From Vicinamibacterales bacterium (GTDB lineage: Bacteria; Acidobacteriota; Vicinamibacteria; Vicinamibacterales; UBA2999), in contig DASTBV010000055.1 in the NCBI GenBank assembly GCA_035711805.1, positions 380 to 64,379 of the forward strand: 64,000 bases of DNA, written 5' to 3'. Under the pieces are notes generated by a model that was not told where the DNA came from, ran no database searches, and saw only the letters and a program-made list of their open reading frames with translations. Positions 16,664 to 25,223 of the stretch are shown here, piece after piece. The number at the start of each line of letters is the position of its first letter. Positions within the stretch are counted from its first letter, which is position 1. Position numbers and translations under genes: made by a program.

Positions 16664-17608
16664 ATGCGACGGAACTCCCTTCTCCTATCTACTGCCTCCT
16701 TCCTCCTGGTCGCTGCCATTGCATTCGGGCGCTCGGACGTCGCCGCACAGCGCGGCGCGGGTGGTCAGCGTGGTGCGGGCCCGGCCGCCGCGCCGCAGAC
16801 GGCGCGCACGCGCGGCCCTGTGGACTTCACCGGCACGTGGGTCTCGGTGGTGACGGAGGACTGGCGCTGGCGCATGGTCACGCCGCCGAAGGATCAGAGC
16901 GCAGCCGCCAGCATCCCGGTCAACCAGGAGGCGCGCCGGGTGGCCCAGTCCTGGGATCTCGAGGCCGACAACAAGGGTGGCAACCAGTGCCGTGCGTTCG
17001 GCGTCGGCGGCATCAACCGTCAGCCGGGACGGCTTCGGATCTCGTGGCAGGACGACAACACGCTGAAATTCGAATACGACGCGGGAACGCAGACCCGGCT
17101 GCTGTACTTCGACCGCGCGGCGCAGCCGCCGGCGGAGAAGACGTGGCAGGGCTTCTCGCGCGCCGATTGGGAAGGCCCCGGCGTGGGCCGCGGCGCTGCG
17201 CCGGTGGGTGACAACCGCGTGACCGGAGGTGGTTTGCCCGGGGCGGCAGGTGTTCCCGGCGGCGGCGGTCAGGGACTGCGCGGCGGTCCGCCTCCGCGCG
17301 GCCAGGCGCGCATCAACACCGGCGCCAATCTGAAGATCGTCACCACGAACTTCCGCGAGGGCTACCTCCGGAAGAACGGCATTCCTTACAGCGAGCAGGC
17401 GGTCATTACCGAATACATCCATCGGCTGCCGACACATCCCAACGGCGACAACTGGCTGCAGGTGATCACCATCGTCGAGGATCCGCGCTACCTGACGCAG
17501 CCGTACTACACGAGCACGAACTTCCGTCTCGAGCCGAACGACGCCGGCTTCCGGCCGACGCCATGCCAGACTGCGCCGCCGCTGCCGGTGAAGACTCCGT
17601 CGAAATAG
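16664..17608 (+). CDS. secreted Gly-rich protein related to the N-domain of 14895..16661
   Basis: ATG at 16664, 3 nt after the upstream stop. Signal peptide. FTGTWVSV. YLRKNGIPYSEQAVITEY and VEDPRYLTQPYYTSTNF parallel YYRRTGVPQSDRSTVVEHW and ASDPVYLSEPYIRSQEF in the upstream gene. Confidence 0.75.
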   Translation: MRRNSLLLSTASFLLVAAIAFGRSDVAAQRGAGGQRGAGPAAAPQTARTRGPVDFTGTWVSVVTEDWRWRMVTPPKDQSAAASIPVNQEARRVAQSWDLEADNKGGNQCRAFGVGGINRQPGRLRISWQDDNTLKFEYDAGTQTRLLYFDRAAQPPAEKTWQGFSRADWEGPGVGRGAAPVGDNRVTGGGLPGAAGVPGGGGQGLRGGPPPRGQARINTGANLKIVTTNFREGYLRKNGIPYSEQAVITEYIHRLPTHPNGDNWLQVITIVEDPRYLTQPYYTSTNFRLEPNDAGFRPTPCQTAPPLPVKTPSK

Positions 17609-17611
17609 CGC

Positions 17612-17685
17612 GGCAGCAATTCAGAATTCAGGATTCAGAATGCAGACATCGGCCTGCATTCTGCATTCTGAACTCTGCATTCCGA
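17612..17685. repeat. heptamer (TGCATTC / GAATGCA) hairpin
   Basis: TTCAGAATGCAG pairs with CTGCATTCTGCATTCTGAA. The same unit appears at 35230-35308 and 62462-62543. Confidence 0.8.
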
Positions 17686-18441
17686 ATGTCTGACTTCCCC
17701 TACCAGATACTCGACGACGTGACGCATCGCCCGTGGCCGATTCCGGAGGGGCCGTGGGTGATGACGCAGAGCTGGCACGATCTCCTGTTTGCCCACTGGC
17801 CGGTTGACGCGCGGGCCCTGCAGGAAAAGCTGCCGGCGGGTCTCCCGCTCGATACGTTCGACGGGCAGGCGTGGATCGGCGTCGTCCCGTTTCGCATGAC
17901 GAACGTCGCGCCGCGCGGTGTGCCCGCCGTCCCGTTCGTCTCGTCCTTCATCGAGTTGAACGTGCGCACGTACGTCACGCTGCACGGCAAGCCGGGCGTC
18001 TATTTCTTCAGCCTCGATGCGAACAGCGCGCTCGCGGTTGCGGCGGCGCGCGCCCTGTTCGGTCTGCCGTACTACACGGCGACCATGCAGATCGAGCGGC
18101 GCGGCGCGCAGCTCGTCTACACCAGCGCGCGCGAGACTCGCATGGACGGCATCGCGGAGTTCGCCGCGACCTACCGGCCAATCGGCGCCACGGTGACGCC
18201 GCAACCCGGCTCGCTCGAGTACTTCCTCAGCGAGCGCTACTGCTTGTACACCGTGGACAAAGACTTCCGTGCGAAGCGGCTGGACATTCACCACCTGCCC
18301 TGGCCGTTACAGGCCGCGGAGGCCACGATCGCGGTGAACACGATGGCCGACGCCGCCGGCATCCGCCTGCCGGCCACCGCGCCGCTGCTGCACTTCGTGC
18401 GCAGGCAGGACATGGTGGCGTGGCCGTTGCGGGACGCCTGA
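17686..18441 (+). CDS. DUF2071 (YqjF-like) family protein
   Basis: Trimmed to the ATG at 17686. N-terminus RPWPIPEGPWVMTQSWHDLLFAHWPV is typical of this family as I recall it. Confidence 0.7.
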   Translation: MSDFPYQILDDVTHRPWPIPEGPWVMTQSWHDLLFAHWPVDARALQEKLPAGLPLDTFDGQAWIGVVPFRMTNVAPRGVPAVPFVSSFIELNVRTYVTLHGKPGVYFFSLDANSALAVAAARALFGLPYYTATMQIERRGAQLVYTSARETRMDGIAEFAATYRPIGATVTPQPGSLEYFLSERYCLYTVDKDFRAKRLDIHHLPWPLQAAEATIAVNTMADAAGIRLPATAPLLHFVRRQDMVAWPLRDA

Positions 18442-18517
18442 CTAGTTGGATAGTTAGACAGTTAGTAGTTCGTAGTTAGTTCGTAGTTAGTTCGTAGTTG
18501 GACAGTTCGTAGTTCTA
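18442..18517. repeat. left arm of the inverted repeat flanking the four-helix-bundle gene (CGTAGTT-type units)
   Basis: TAGTTGGATAGTTAGACAGTT...CGTAGTTAGTTCGTAGTT matches the reverse complement of 19022-19085. Confidence 0.85.
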
Positions 18518-18640
18518 CCCCTAGCACAAACTGCGTACCCGCGCCGGCGGGGACGTTGCAGTTTCTCAAACCCTCCGCGGCACAAGTGGCTGAAACCCGC
18601 TTGAATTCGCACGCGAACGAAACGTGCATGGCCTTGAGCC

Positions 18641-19021
18641 ATGGCGCACAGCAAAGCGTTTCGTGATCTCATGGTCTGGCAACGTTCGATGGCCCTCGTC
18701 CAGCGTATTTACGAAATCAGTGCCGCGTTCCCAAGGGATGAACGATTCGGTCTCACCGCTCAGATCAGGCGGGCCGCAGTGTCGGTGCCGCCGAACATCG
18801 GCGAAGGATCGCGTCGGAAGAGACGGAAGACATTCCTGAATCACCTGGACATCGCGCTCGGCTCCCAGGCCGAAGTGGAAGTCCAGCTTGAAATCGCACA
18901 GCGGCTGCGGTTCGTGAAGATGGCTGATTACAAGCAGACGCAGATTGCGGTGGAAGAGATTGGCCGGATGCTGAATGGGCTCATCGTTTCGCTTCAGCCC
19001 GATGGCGACGCCGAACTATGA
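18641..19021 (+). CDS. four-helix-bundle protein (23S rRNA intervening-sequence protein / Avd-like, TIGR02436-type)
   Basis: Family signature FRDLMVWQRSMALVQRIYEISAAFPRDERFGLTAQIRRAAVSVPPNIGEG...LDIALGSQAEVEVQLEIA. Lower G+C than the neighbouring genes. Confidence 0.85.
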   Translation: MAHSKAFRDLMVWQRSMALVQRIYEISAAFPRDERFGLTAQIRRAAVSVPPNIGEGSRRKRRKTFLNHLDIALGSQAEVEVQLEIAQRLRFVKMADYKQTQIAVEEIGRMLNGLIVSLQPDGDAEL

Positions 19022-19085
19022 ACTCCGAACTACCAACTACGAACCAACTACGAACTATCTAACTATCCAACTACCGACTAACCGC
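19022..19085. repeat. right arm of the inverted repeat
   Basis: Its reverse complement reads TAGTTGGATAGTTAGATAGTTCGTAGTTGGTTCGTAGTTGGTAGTT, matching the left arm. Confidence 0.85.
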
Positions 19086-19102
19086 GCTACCATCCCGCCG
19101 GC

Positions 19103-19810
19103 TTGTCCTTCGACACAACCAGGTGGAGCGTGATCGCGGCGGCGCGTGGAACGGATCCGGAGGCTGCCCGGGCGGCGCTCTCGACGCTCTGCGAGGCGTA
19201 CTGGTACCCGCTCTATGCATTCATCCGCCGCTGGGGCGCCGACCCCGACGCGGCGCGCGATCTGACGCAGGGATTCTTCGCGTCGCTGCTGGAGCGCCGC
19301 GATATCGAGCAGGTGCGGCCGGAGCGTGGCCGCTTCCGCACGTTCCTCCTCGCCTCGGCCAAGCACTTCCTGCTCAATGAAGCAGCGCGCGGCCGTGCGG
19401 CCAAGCGCGGGGGAGGGGTGTCGCCGCTGCCGCTGGCGTTTGACGAAGCCGAAGGGCGCTATCAGATCGAGCCGGCCGATCTGATGACGCCCGAGACGCT
19501 GTATGAGAGGCGGTGGGCGCTGACCATCGTGGAGCGGGTCGTCGCCGCCGTGCAGGCGAAATGGCAGAAGACCGGCCGCGGGACAGAGTTCGACGTACTC
19601 AAGACGAGCTTGCTTGGCGAAGGCCCGCCAGGCGGCTACGCGGCCGCGGCGCAGACGCTCGGAACGAGCGAAGGCGCCGTCAAGGTCGCGGTGCACCGGC
19701 TGCGCAAGGCCTTCCGGACCGAGCTGCGGGCCGCCATCGCCGAGACCGTCTCCGACCCGGCCGATGTGGACGAAGAGCTGAAATACCTCGAGCGCGCCCT
19801 GCGCATGTAA
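19103..19810 (+). CDS. ECF-type RNA polymerase sigma factor (kinase-associated type)
   Basis: TTG start. N-terminus TTRWSVI. Region 2 YWYPLYAFIRRWG...DLTQGFF. Region 4 LGTSEGAVKVAVHRLRKAF. Confidence 0.8.
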   Translation: MSFDTTRWSVIAAARGTDPEAARAALSTLCEAYWYPLYAFIRRWGADPDAARDLTQGFFASLLERRDIEQVRPERGRFRTFLLASAKHFLLNEAARGRAAKRGGGVSPLPLAFDEAEGRYQIEPADLMTPETLYERRWALTIVERVVAAVQAKWQKTGRGTEFDVLKTSLLGEGPPGGYAAAAQTLGTSEGAVKVAVHRLRKAFRTELRAAIAETVSDPADVDEELKYLERALRM

Positions 19811-19852
19811 CCTTCTGCTCCCGGTTTGTCTAATCACACCGAGGAGAGATTC

Positions 19853-22800
19853 GTGGAGATCCCAGGCACAACCTGCCCGCGCTGTGGACGACCGCTGGCG
19901 GCCGATGCACCGGACGGCCTTTGCGCCGCCTGCCTGCTCCAGGCCGGGGCGGATACGCTCTCGGCCGGATCCGGCTCCACCGACTTCATGCCGACCGTCT
20001 CGTCGGCGGTCGCGTCGCGGGTCCTCAGGAGCGCTCCGCGCCTGACTGAAGGGGACCGGTGGGGCAGCTACGCGATCGGACGGCTCCTCGGACGTGGCGG
20101 CATGGGCGAGGTGTACGACGCCGAGCATCTGCCGTCGGGCCGGCGCGTCGCACTGAAGGTGTTGAGCAGCCGCCTGCAGAACGCAGAAGAACGCGCGCGG
20201 TTCCTCCGCGAAGGCCAGCTCGCCGCGTCGGTCAGTCATCCGCACACGGTCTACATCTTCGGCAGCGAGGAGATCGACGGTACGCCCGTGATCTCGATGG
20301 AGCTGCTGCCTGGCGGCACGCTGAAGGATCGTGTCGTCGCGGAGGGCCCGATGCGGCCCGGTGAAGCCGTCGCAGCGGTCATGGAGCTGATCGGCGGCCT
20401 GGACGCCGCGGCCGCCGCCGGCATCCTGCACCGCGACATCAAGCCGTCGAACTGTTTCGTCGATCGCGACGGCGTCGTGAAGGTCGGCGACTTCGGTCTG
20501 TCGATCTCGACGCTGGCGCGCGATGTCCATCAGCAGCTGGTGACGTCCGGTTTCGAAGGCACGCCGCAATTTGCGCCCCCGGAGCAGCTGCGAGGCGAGC
20601 CGCTCGACGTGCGGGCGGACATTTATGCCGTCGGCGCGACGCTGTATTACCTGCTGACCGGCCGGGCGCCGTTCGACGCACCCGATCTGCGCGACCTCTT
20701 TGCGAAAGTGACGAAGGAGACTCCGGTTCCGCCGCGTCAGTTGCGGCGCGACATTCCGGCGCGCCTGTCGGCCGTCGTGATGCGGTGTCTGGCAAAGAGT
20801 CCCGACAACAGGCCATCGTCGTACCCGGCGCTGGCGGATGCGCTGCGGCCGTTTCTCGCGCGCCACGACCGGCCGGCGCCGCTCGCCACGCGCACGCTGG
20901 CAGGCCTGGTCGACAGCTGGGTCATCCTGGGCATTCCGGTCACGCTGGTGACGATGATGGTTGCCGACCCGCTGTCCGGGTCGCCTGCCGGCGCTGTTGC
21001 CGTCGCCAACCTGTCGTGGCTCGCGACGCTGGTCTACTACCTGGCACTCGAAGGCGCGACCGGCGCATCGCTGGGCAAGCGGCTGTTCGGGTTGCGGGTC
21101 GTGTCCGCAACGGCCTCCTCGGCGGGCTGGGTGCAATTCGCCATCAGAGTTGCCCTGTTCTACGCGCCCAACATGCTCGTGACCGCGACGGTCACCGCTG
21201 GTCTGTGGCCCGACTTTCTGTCAGCGCCGTCCTCGAGTGGCTTTTACATCAACTGGCAGCAGACGGGACCGCCGCTTCTGACACTCCTGATGTTCTTCGC
21301 GACGGCTCGACCGAGCAACGGCTGGACCGGCCTGCACGACGTGCTGAGCGGCACACGTGTGATTGCGCGTCCCGCCGCGATCGAGCGGCAGACCCGTGTC
21401 ACACAGCAGGCGGCCGCTGCCGTCCCAGCCGGACCGGCTCGGCGCTATGGGCCCTATGTCGCTCTCGATTCCGCCGAGCCGCGGCCCGGGGCCGTCGTGC
21501 GCGCCTTCGATCAGGTGCTTCGCCGGCAGGTCTGGATTGCGATCGCCGACGTCTCGACGCCGCCAGTCGGCGGTGCCCGCCACGACCTGTCCCGGCCAAC
21601 CCGGCTGCACTGGCTGGCTGGACGCCGATCAGCCGACGAGAACTGGGATGCGTACGAAGCCCCGGACGGCGTTGCATGGACCACGGCCGTTGAGGCGGGT
21701 GCGTGGTCGCAGGTGAGACTGCAGCTGCTCGACCTTGCGACTGAGCTGGCGTACTCCTCTGAAGAAGGCACCCGGCCGCCGCTCGCGCTCGATCGCATCT
21801 GGATGCGCGATAACGGCCGCGTGGTGCTGCTCGATTTCGCACCGCCGGGAGCCTCGTCGCATACAACCGTCGATCTGTCGCCAGAGCAGCTGCTGCAGAC
21901 GGCGGCCGCGCGCGTGCCTCGACATCCGTCCGAGCCGACGGCGCTTCCGCTGTCGGCACGCGCGTTCCTGGACAGATGGTCAGCGCTTGCCCTGAGCGAG
22001 CGAACGCCTGCCGGGCGAGTCGAAGGGCCAACCGTTGCGGATGCCCGGGCCGCGCTGCTGGTCATGGCGACGGCTCCGAGCCACGTGCACTGGTGGCGCC
22101 GTGCGGTGCCCGGCGCGCTGGCGGCCGCGCCGGTCGCGCTGATGCTGCTGATGAGCATCGCCATCGTTCCCGCGCTCGCGCAGTTCGTCAGCCCCGAGAC
22201 GAACAGCATGATGAATCTCCTCGGAGCGCTCAGGAGCACGACGCTGCCCGCGAACAGTCCGCTGCGCCAGCCCGGGGTGCGAGCCGCCGCGGAGGTCGCG
22301 ATTGCGGGACGTTACGCTCACGTGATTCGTGACGAGGAGTTCTGGAGCGCCGGACTGGTACGCGGCCTTGCGCCTGGCTACCGCCCGATGGCCGAGGACA
22401 TTCTTGCCAGGCATCCCGTTGTGTCGCCGGAGCAGTTGGCAGCGGCTGAAGGCGTCTTGAACGAGGCACGCGCCCGTCCTCTGTCGCGGGGAAGGAGTCA
22501 AACGATGGCGGTCGAGCTCGGGGGCGTCCTCGTCTCCACGATCACGGCGGGCGCGCTGGCGCTCGTGCTCCTCGTGTGCGTCATCTCGTCGCTGCTGGTG
22601 CCAGGCGGCCTCGTATTGCGGCAGATGGGGCTGGCGGCAGTTACGCAATCCGGGAAGGAAATTACGCGAGTGCGTTCGGTGATGCGAGCGCTGGTGGCCG
22701 GCATCCCGGCAATCGGGTGGCTGACGTATCTGGCGGTTTCGCCGAAGGTGCATGGATTCGTGCCGACGCCGCCGAATCCGCTCACAGCAACCCTCGTCAC

Positions 22801-22897
22801 CGTCGGCATGCTTGCCGTTGGACTTGCGTGGACGATCGTGGGGCGCACACGCGGGCCGCACGATCTGCTGACCGGGACGTGGGTGGCACCGCGATGA
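19853..22897 (+). CDS. Ser/Thr protein kinase with N-terminal Cys cluster, RDD-like membrane domain and long multi-TM C-terminus
   Basis: GTG at 19853 follows GAGGAG (the track start 19826 is also possible). Motifs CPRCG...CAAC, GRGGMGEVY, HRDIKPSN and DFGLS. LVDSWVILGIPV resembles an RDD domain. Confidence 0.85.
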   Translation: MEIPGTTCPRCGRPLAADAPDGLCAACLLQAGADTLSAGSGSTDFMPTVSSAVASRVLRSAPRLTEGDRWGSYAIGRLLGRGGMGEVYDAEHLPSGRRVALKVLSSRLQNAEERARFLREGQLAASVSHPHTVYIFGSEEIDGTPVISMELLPGGTLKDRVVAEGPMRPGEAVAAVMELIGGLDAAAAAGILHRDIKPSNCFVDRDGVVKVGDFGLSISTLARDVHQQLVTSGFEGTPQFAPPEQLRGEPLDVRADIYAVGATLYYLLTGRAPFDAPDLRDLFAKVTKETPVPPRQLRRDIPARLSAVVMRCLAKSPDNRPSSYPALADALRPFLARHDRPAPLATRTLAGLVDSWVILGIPVTLVTMMVADPLSGSPAGAVAVANLSWLATLVYYLALEGATGASLGKRLFGLRVVSATASSAGWVQFAIRVALFYAPNMLVTATVTAGLWPDFLSAPSSSGFYINWQQTGPPLLTLLMFFATARPSNGWTGLHDVLSGTRVIARPAAIERQTRVTQQAAAAVPAGPARRYGPYVALDSAEPRPGAVVRAFDQVLRRQVWIAIADVSTPPVGGARHDLSRPTRLHWLAGRRSADENWDAYEAPDGVAWTTAVEAGAWSQVRLQLLDLATELAYSSEEGTRPPLALDRIWMRDNGRVVLLDFAPPGASSHTTVDLSPEQLLQTAAARVPRHPSEPTALPLSARAFLDRWSALALSERTPAGRVEGPTVADARAALLVMATAPSHVHWWRRAVPGALAAAPVALMLLMSIAIVPALAQFVSPETNSMMNLLGALRSTTLPANSPLRQPGVRAAAEVAIAGRYAHVIRDEEFWSAGLVRGLAPGYRPMAEDILARHPVVSPEQLAAAEGVLNEARARPLSRGRSQTMAVELGGVLVSTITAGALALVLLVCVISSLLVPGGLVLRQMGLAAVTQSGKEITRVRSVMRALVAGIPAIGWLTYLAVSPKVHGFVPTPPNPLTATLVTVGMLAVGLAWTIVGRTRGPHDLLTGTWVAPR

Positions 22898-22949
22898 GAA
22901 ATTTCAGGTTCGGATCGGCCAGAAGCGGATGTTCTCAGGAGGCAAGGTA

Positions 22950-23738
22950 ATGATCAGATTCCTCGTCCTGGCGCTCGTGTTCTCACTTCTCACCGCCCCG
23001 GCAATCGCGCAGGCGGCGGATGGAATTCTCATTACTCAGCGAGTGACGTCCGGGGGCGCGCCGATCACGGTACGGACGCAGATCGAGGCGACACGCACGC
23101 GTACCGAGATGGCCGGCCCGGATGGCGTCGTCAACGTGACGATCTTCGACGGCGGCAAGCAAGTGCTCTACATCGTCGATCCGGCTCGCAAGACGTATAT
23201 GGAAATGACGAAAGCCGATGTCGACCGACTGAGCGCACAGATGCAGGGATCGATGGCCCAGGTTCAGGCGCAGCTCGAGAAGATGCCGCCGGCGCAGCGC
23301 GCCCAGATGGAAGCGATGATGAAAGGCGTCCAATTCACGCGCACCGGCTCGGACACCGTCGGCCGGTGGATGTGCGACAAGTACGACCTGACGCAGGGCG
23401 GGCAGAAGATCGGTGAAGTGTGCAGCGTGAGCCCGGCGACGCTCGGCTTCGGCGCGACGGATTTCGACGTGATGCGTCAGATGGGGGCGTTTTACTCGGC
23501 GATGGCCCCACTAATGCCGAGTCAGCTTACCGGCGTGAGCGGTATCGATCAGCGCGGCAGCTCGGACTTCCCGGTGAAAACCGTCATGATGGTCCCGGGT
23601 GGCGGCACCGTGACGACGGAGGTCGTCGAGGCGGGTCGGCAGACGTTCCCCGACTCGTTGTTTGCCGTGCCCGCTGGCTTCACGAAACAGGACATCATGG
23701 GCGCGATGGGCGGGCGCGGCACCGCGGCAGAACGCTGA
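22950..23738 (+). CDS. secreted protein, DUF4412-like
   Basis: Trimmed to the ATG at 22950, which follows GGAGG. Signal peptide present. The family call is from overall resemblance only. Confidence 0.55.
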   Translation: MIRFLVLALVFSLLTAPAIAQAADGILITQRVTSGGAPITVRTQIEATRTRTEMAGPDGVVNVTIFDGGKQVLYIVDPARKTYMEMTKADVDRLSAQMQGSMAQVQAQLEKMPPAQRAQMEAMMKGVQFTRTGSDTVGRWMCDKYDLTQGGQKIGEVCSVSPATLGFGATDFDVMRQMGAFYSAMAPLMPSQLTGVSGIDQRGSSDFPVKTVMMVPGGGTVTTEVVEAGRQTFPDSLFAVPAGFTKQDIMGAMGGRGTAAER

Positions 23739-23747
23739 TTAGTTGCT

Positions 23748-23808
23748 GATCGTGGGGCGCGCCTTGTCAGGCGCGCCACGCGGACCTGACAAGGTCCGCG
23801 CCACGATC
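23748..23808. terminator. 24-bp imperfect hairpin between convergent genes
   Basis: GATCGTGGGGCGCGCCTTGTCAGG pairs with CCTGACAAGGTCCGCGCCACGATC. Confidence 0.6.
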
Positions 23809-23827
23809 GTCATTCTGATCCGCGCTG

Positions 23828-25096
23828 CTACGGTGTACTCGAAACGCTTTGCCTGGAGAAGTGTTCGGCGAGGTCCGGTTTCGTTTCGCTGAGAATCTCC
23901 CGAATCGCCCGACGATCGGCAGCCGTCAGCACGTCGTAGCGGCGGTCGCGCTCCTGGCCCGACAGGATCTCCCACAGACGGTCGTAGACGGCGGCCTTCG
24001 CGTTCGGCGGCATGCCATCGAACGGCTCCGAGTAGATCAGGTAGCTGCAGGGATAGCGGAGCAGCCGCTTCTCCAGACTCAGTTCGCGCAGAGAACGGCC
24101 GCGGCTGTCGCGCGGGCCCTGCGCCGTGAAGACCTCGGCAAACCGCGACGTCCCGGTAATCGGCCCCGGGAGGGTCGCCTCGTCGACAAACAGGAGGTAG
24201 TCGACGAGCTCCGCGGCCGCCTGATCGAGCGTGCGGCCCGACTCCTTCGCGCCGATGCGCGCTTCCCAGCCGACGCGGGTGATCAGGTTCAGCATCTTCG
24301 CCTGGTGCTCGATGACGAGCAGCGCGACGAGATCGCTGTGCGGCGAGAGGTATCCGGTCTTGTCGAAGCGCCCCTCGAGATCCGTCACGTGGACGGTCTG
24401 CGGCGTGATCATCGCGGTGAGATCGGACGCGTCGCTGGCGACGGCATTGCCCATGTGGCGCGTCGCCTTGTGCGTCCCGGTCACGAACCAGCCACCCCAG
24501 CGAATCTCGAAAGGGGAGCGGTGGTCGGTCGTATAGGCCGGACCGTACATCGTTGTGCCGTCCACGCCCGGGAAGACGCTGCCGATGAACATCCCCGGCA
24601 CGTAGTGCGTGGCCTCGGAGGCGTGGCACGAGACGCACGAGTCGCTCCGCTCGAAGAGCGGCTTGTCGCTCGCCTGCGACAGCGTGTAGAAGACCGCGCC
24701 CTGCGTCGGATCCTGCCCGACGAATTCCAGGACCTCGCCGCCGCGAACCCAGCCAACCGACGTGGTGTCGTTGAAGTAGATCGCGCGCGGATTCTTCGGA
24801 CCGATCTTCGGCGCCTGGAAACTGGTCTTCGAGAAGACCAGCATCTGCGATTCGACCGGCACGCGCAGGGCCTCGAGCACCGACTGCAGGTATCCGGACG
24901 GACCGCGCCGTTCGAGCGTCACCTCGCCGCGCGTGAGCCGCTCATTCAGCTGCGCGATAGGATCGCGCGCCGCGGTGCTGTCGTAGCGGATCGCCGAATG
25001 GTTGCGCAGCAGCGTCGGATGCTGGAGCTGTCCGGCGACGGCGCCAACCGAGCCCAGCCACACCGCGGCCGCGATAAGAAGTCCCTTGTGTGTCAT
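23828..25096 (-). CDS. secreted protein with a single CxxCH haem-c motif, unnamed family
   Basis: Trimmed to the ATG at 25096 (signal MTHKGLLIAAAVWLGSVGAVAG). Motif DSCVSCHASE. Confidence 0.65.
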   Translation of the reverse strand: MTHKGLLIAAAVWLGSVGAVAGQLQHPTLLRNHSAIRYDSTAARDPIAQLNERLTRGEVTLERRGPSGYLQSVLEALRVPVESQMLVFSKTSFQAPKIGPKNPRAIYFNDTTSVGWVRGGEVLEFVGQDPTQGAVFYTLSQASDKPLFERSDSCVSCHASEATHYVPGMFIGSVFPGVDGTTMYGPAYTTDHRSPFEIRWGGWFVTGTHKATRHMGNAVASDASDLTAMITPQTVHVTDLEGRFDKTGYLSPHSDLVALLVIEHQAKMLNLITRVGWEARIGAKESGRTLDQAAAELVDYLLFVDEATLPGPITGTSRFAEVFTAQGPRDSRGRSLRELSLEKRLLRYPCSYLIYSEPFDGMPPNAKAAVYDRLWEILSGQERDRRYDVLTAADRRAIREILSETKPDLAEHFSRQSVSSTP

Positions 25097-25223
25097 GAGA
25101 TTCGTAGCTTCCGCCTTCAGGCGGAAGTTACCGCGTACTCGGCAAGAAGCGATCCCGATCGTACGGGACGAAAAGCCCGCAATCAATCACGTCCGCGGCC
25201 GATAGGGCCGCTCCGGTCGCGGA

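Noticed and set aside
19055-21136. 693-aa minus-strand ORF
   Set aside because: It is antisense to the ECF sigma and Ser/Thr kinase genes, which carry clear family motifs. Its composition is Arg-rich with no motifs.
18442-22897. Diversity-generating retroelement around the Avd-like gene
   Set aside because: No reverse transcriptase ORF and no template/variable repeat pair is visible within several kb.
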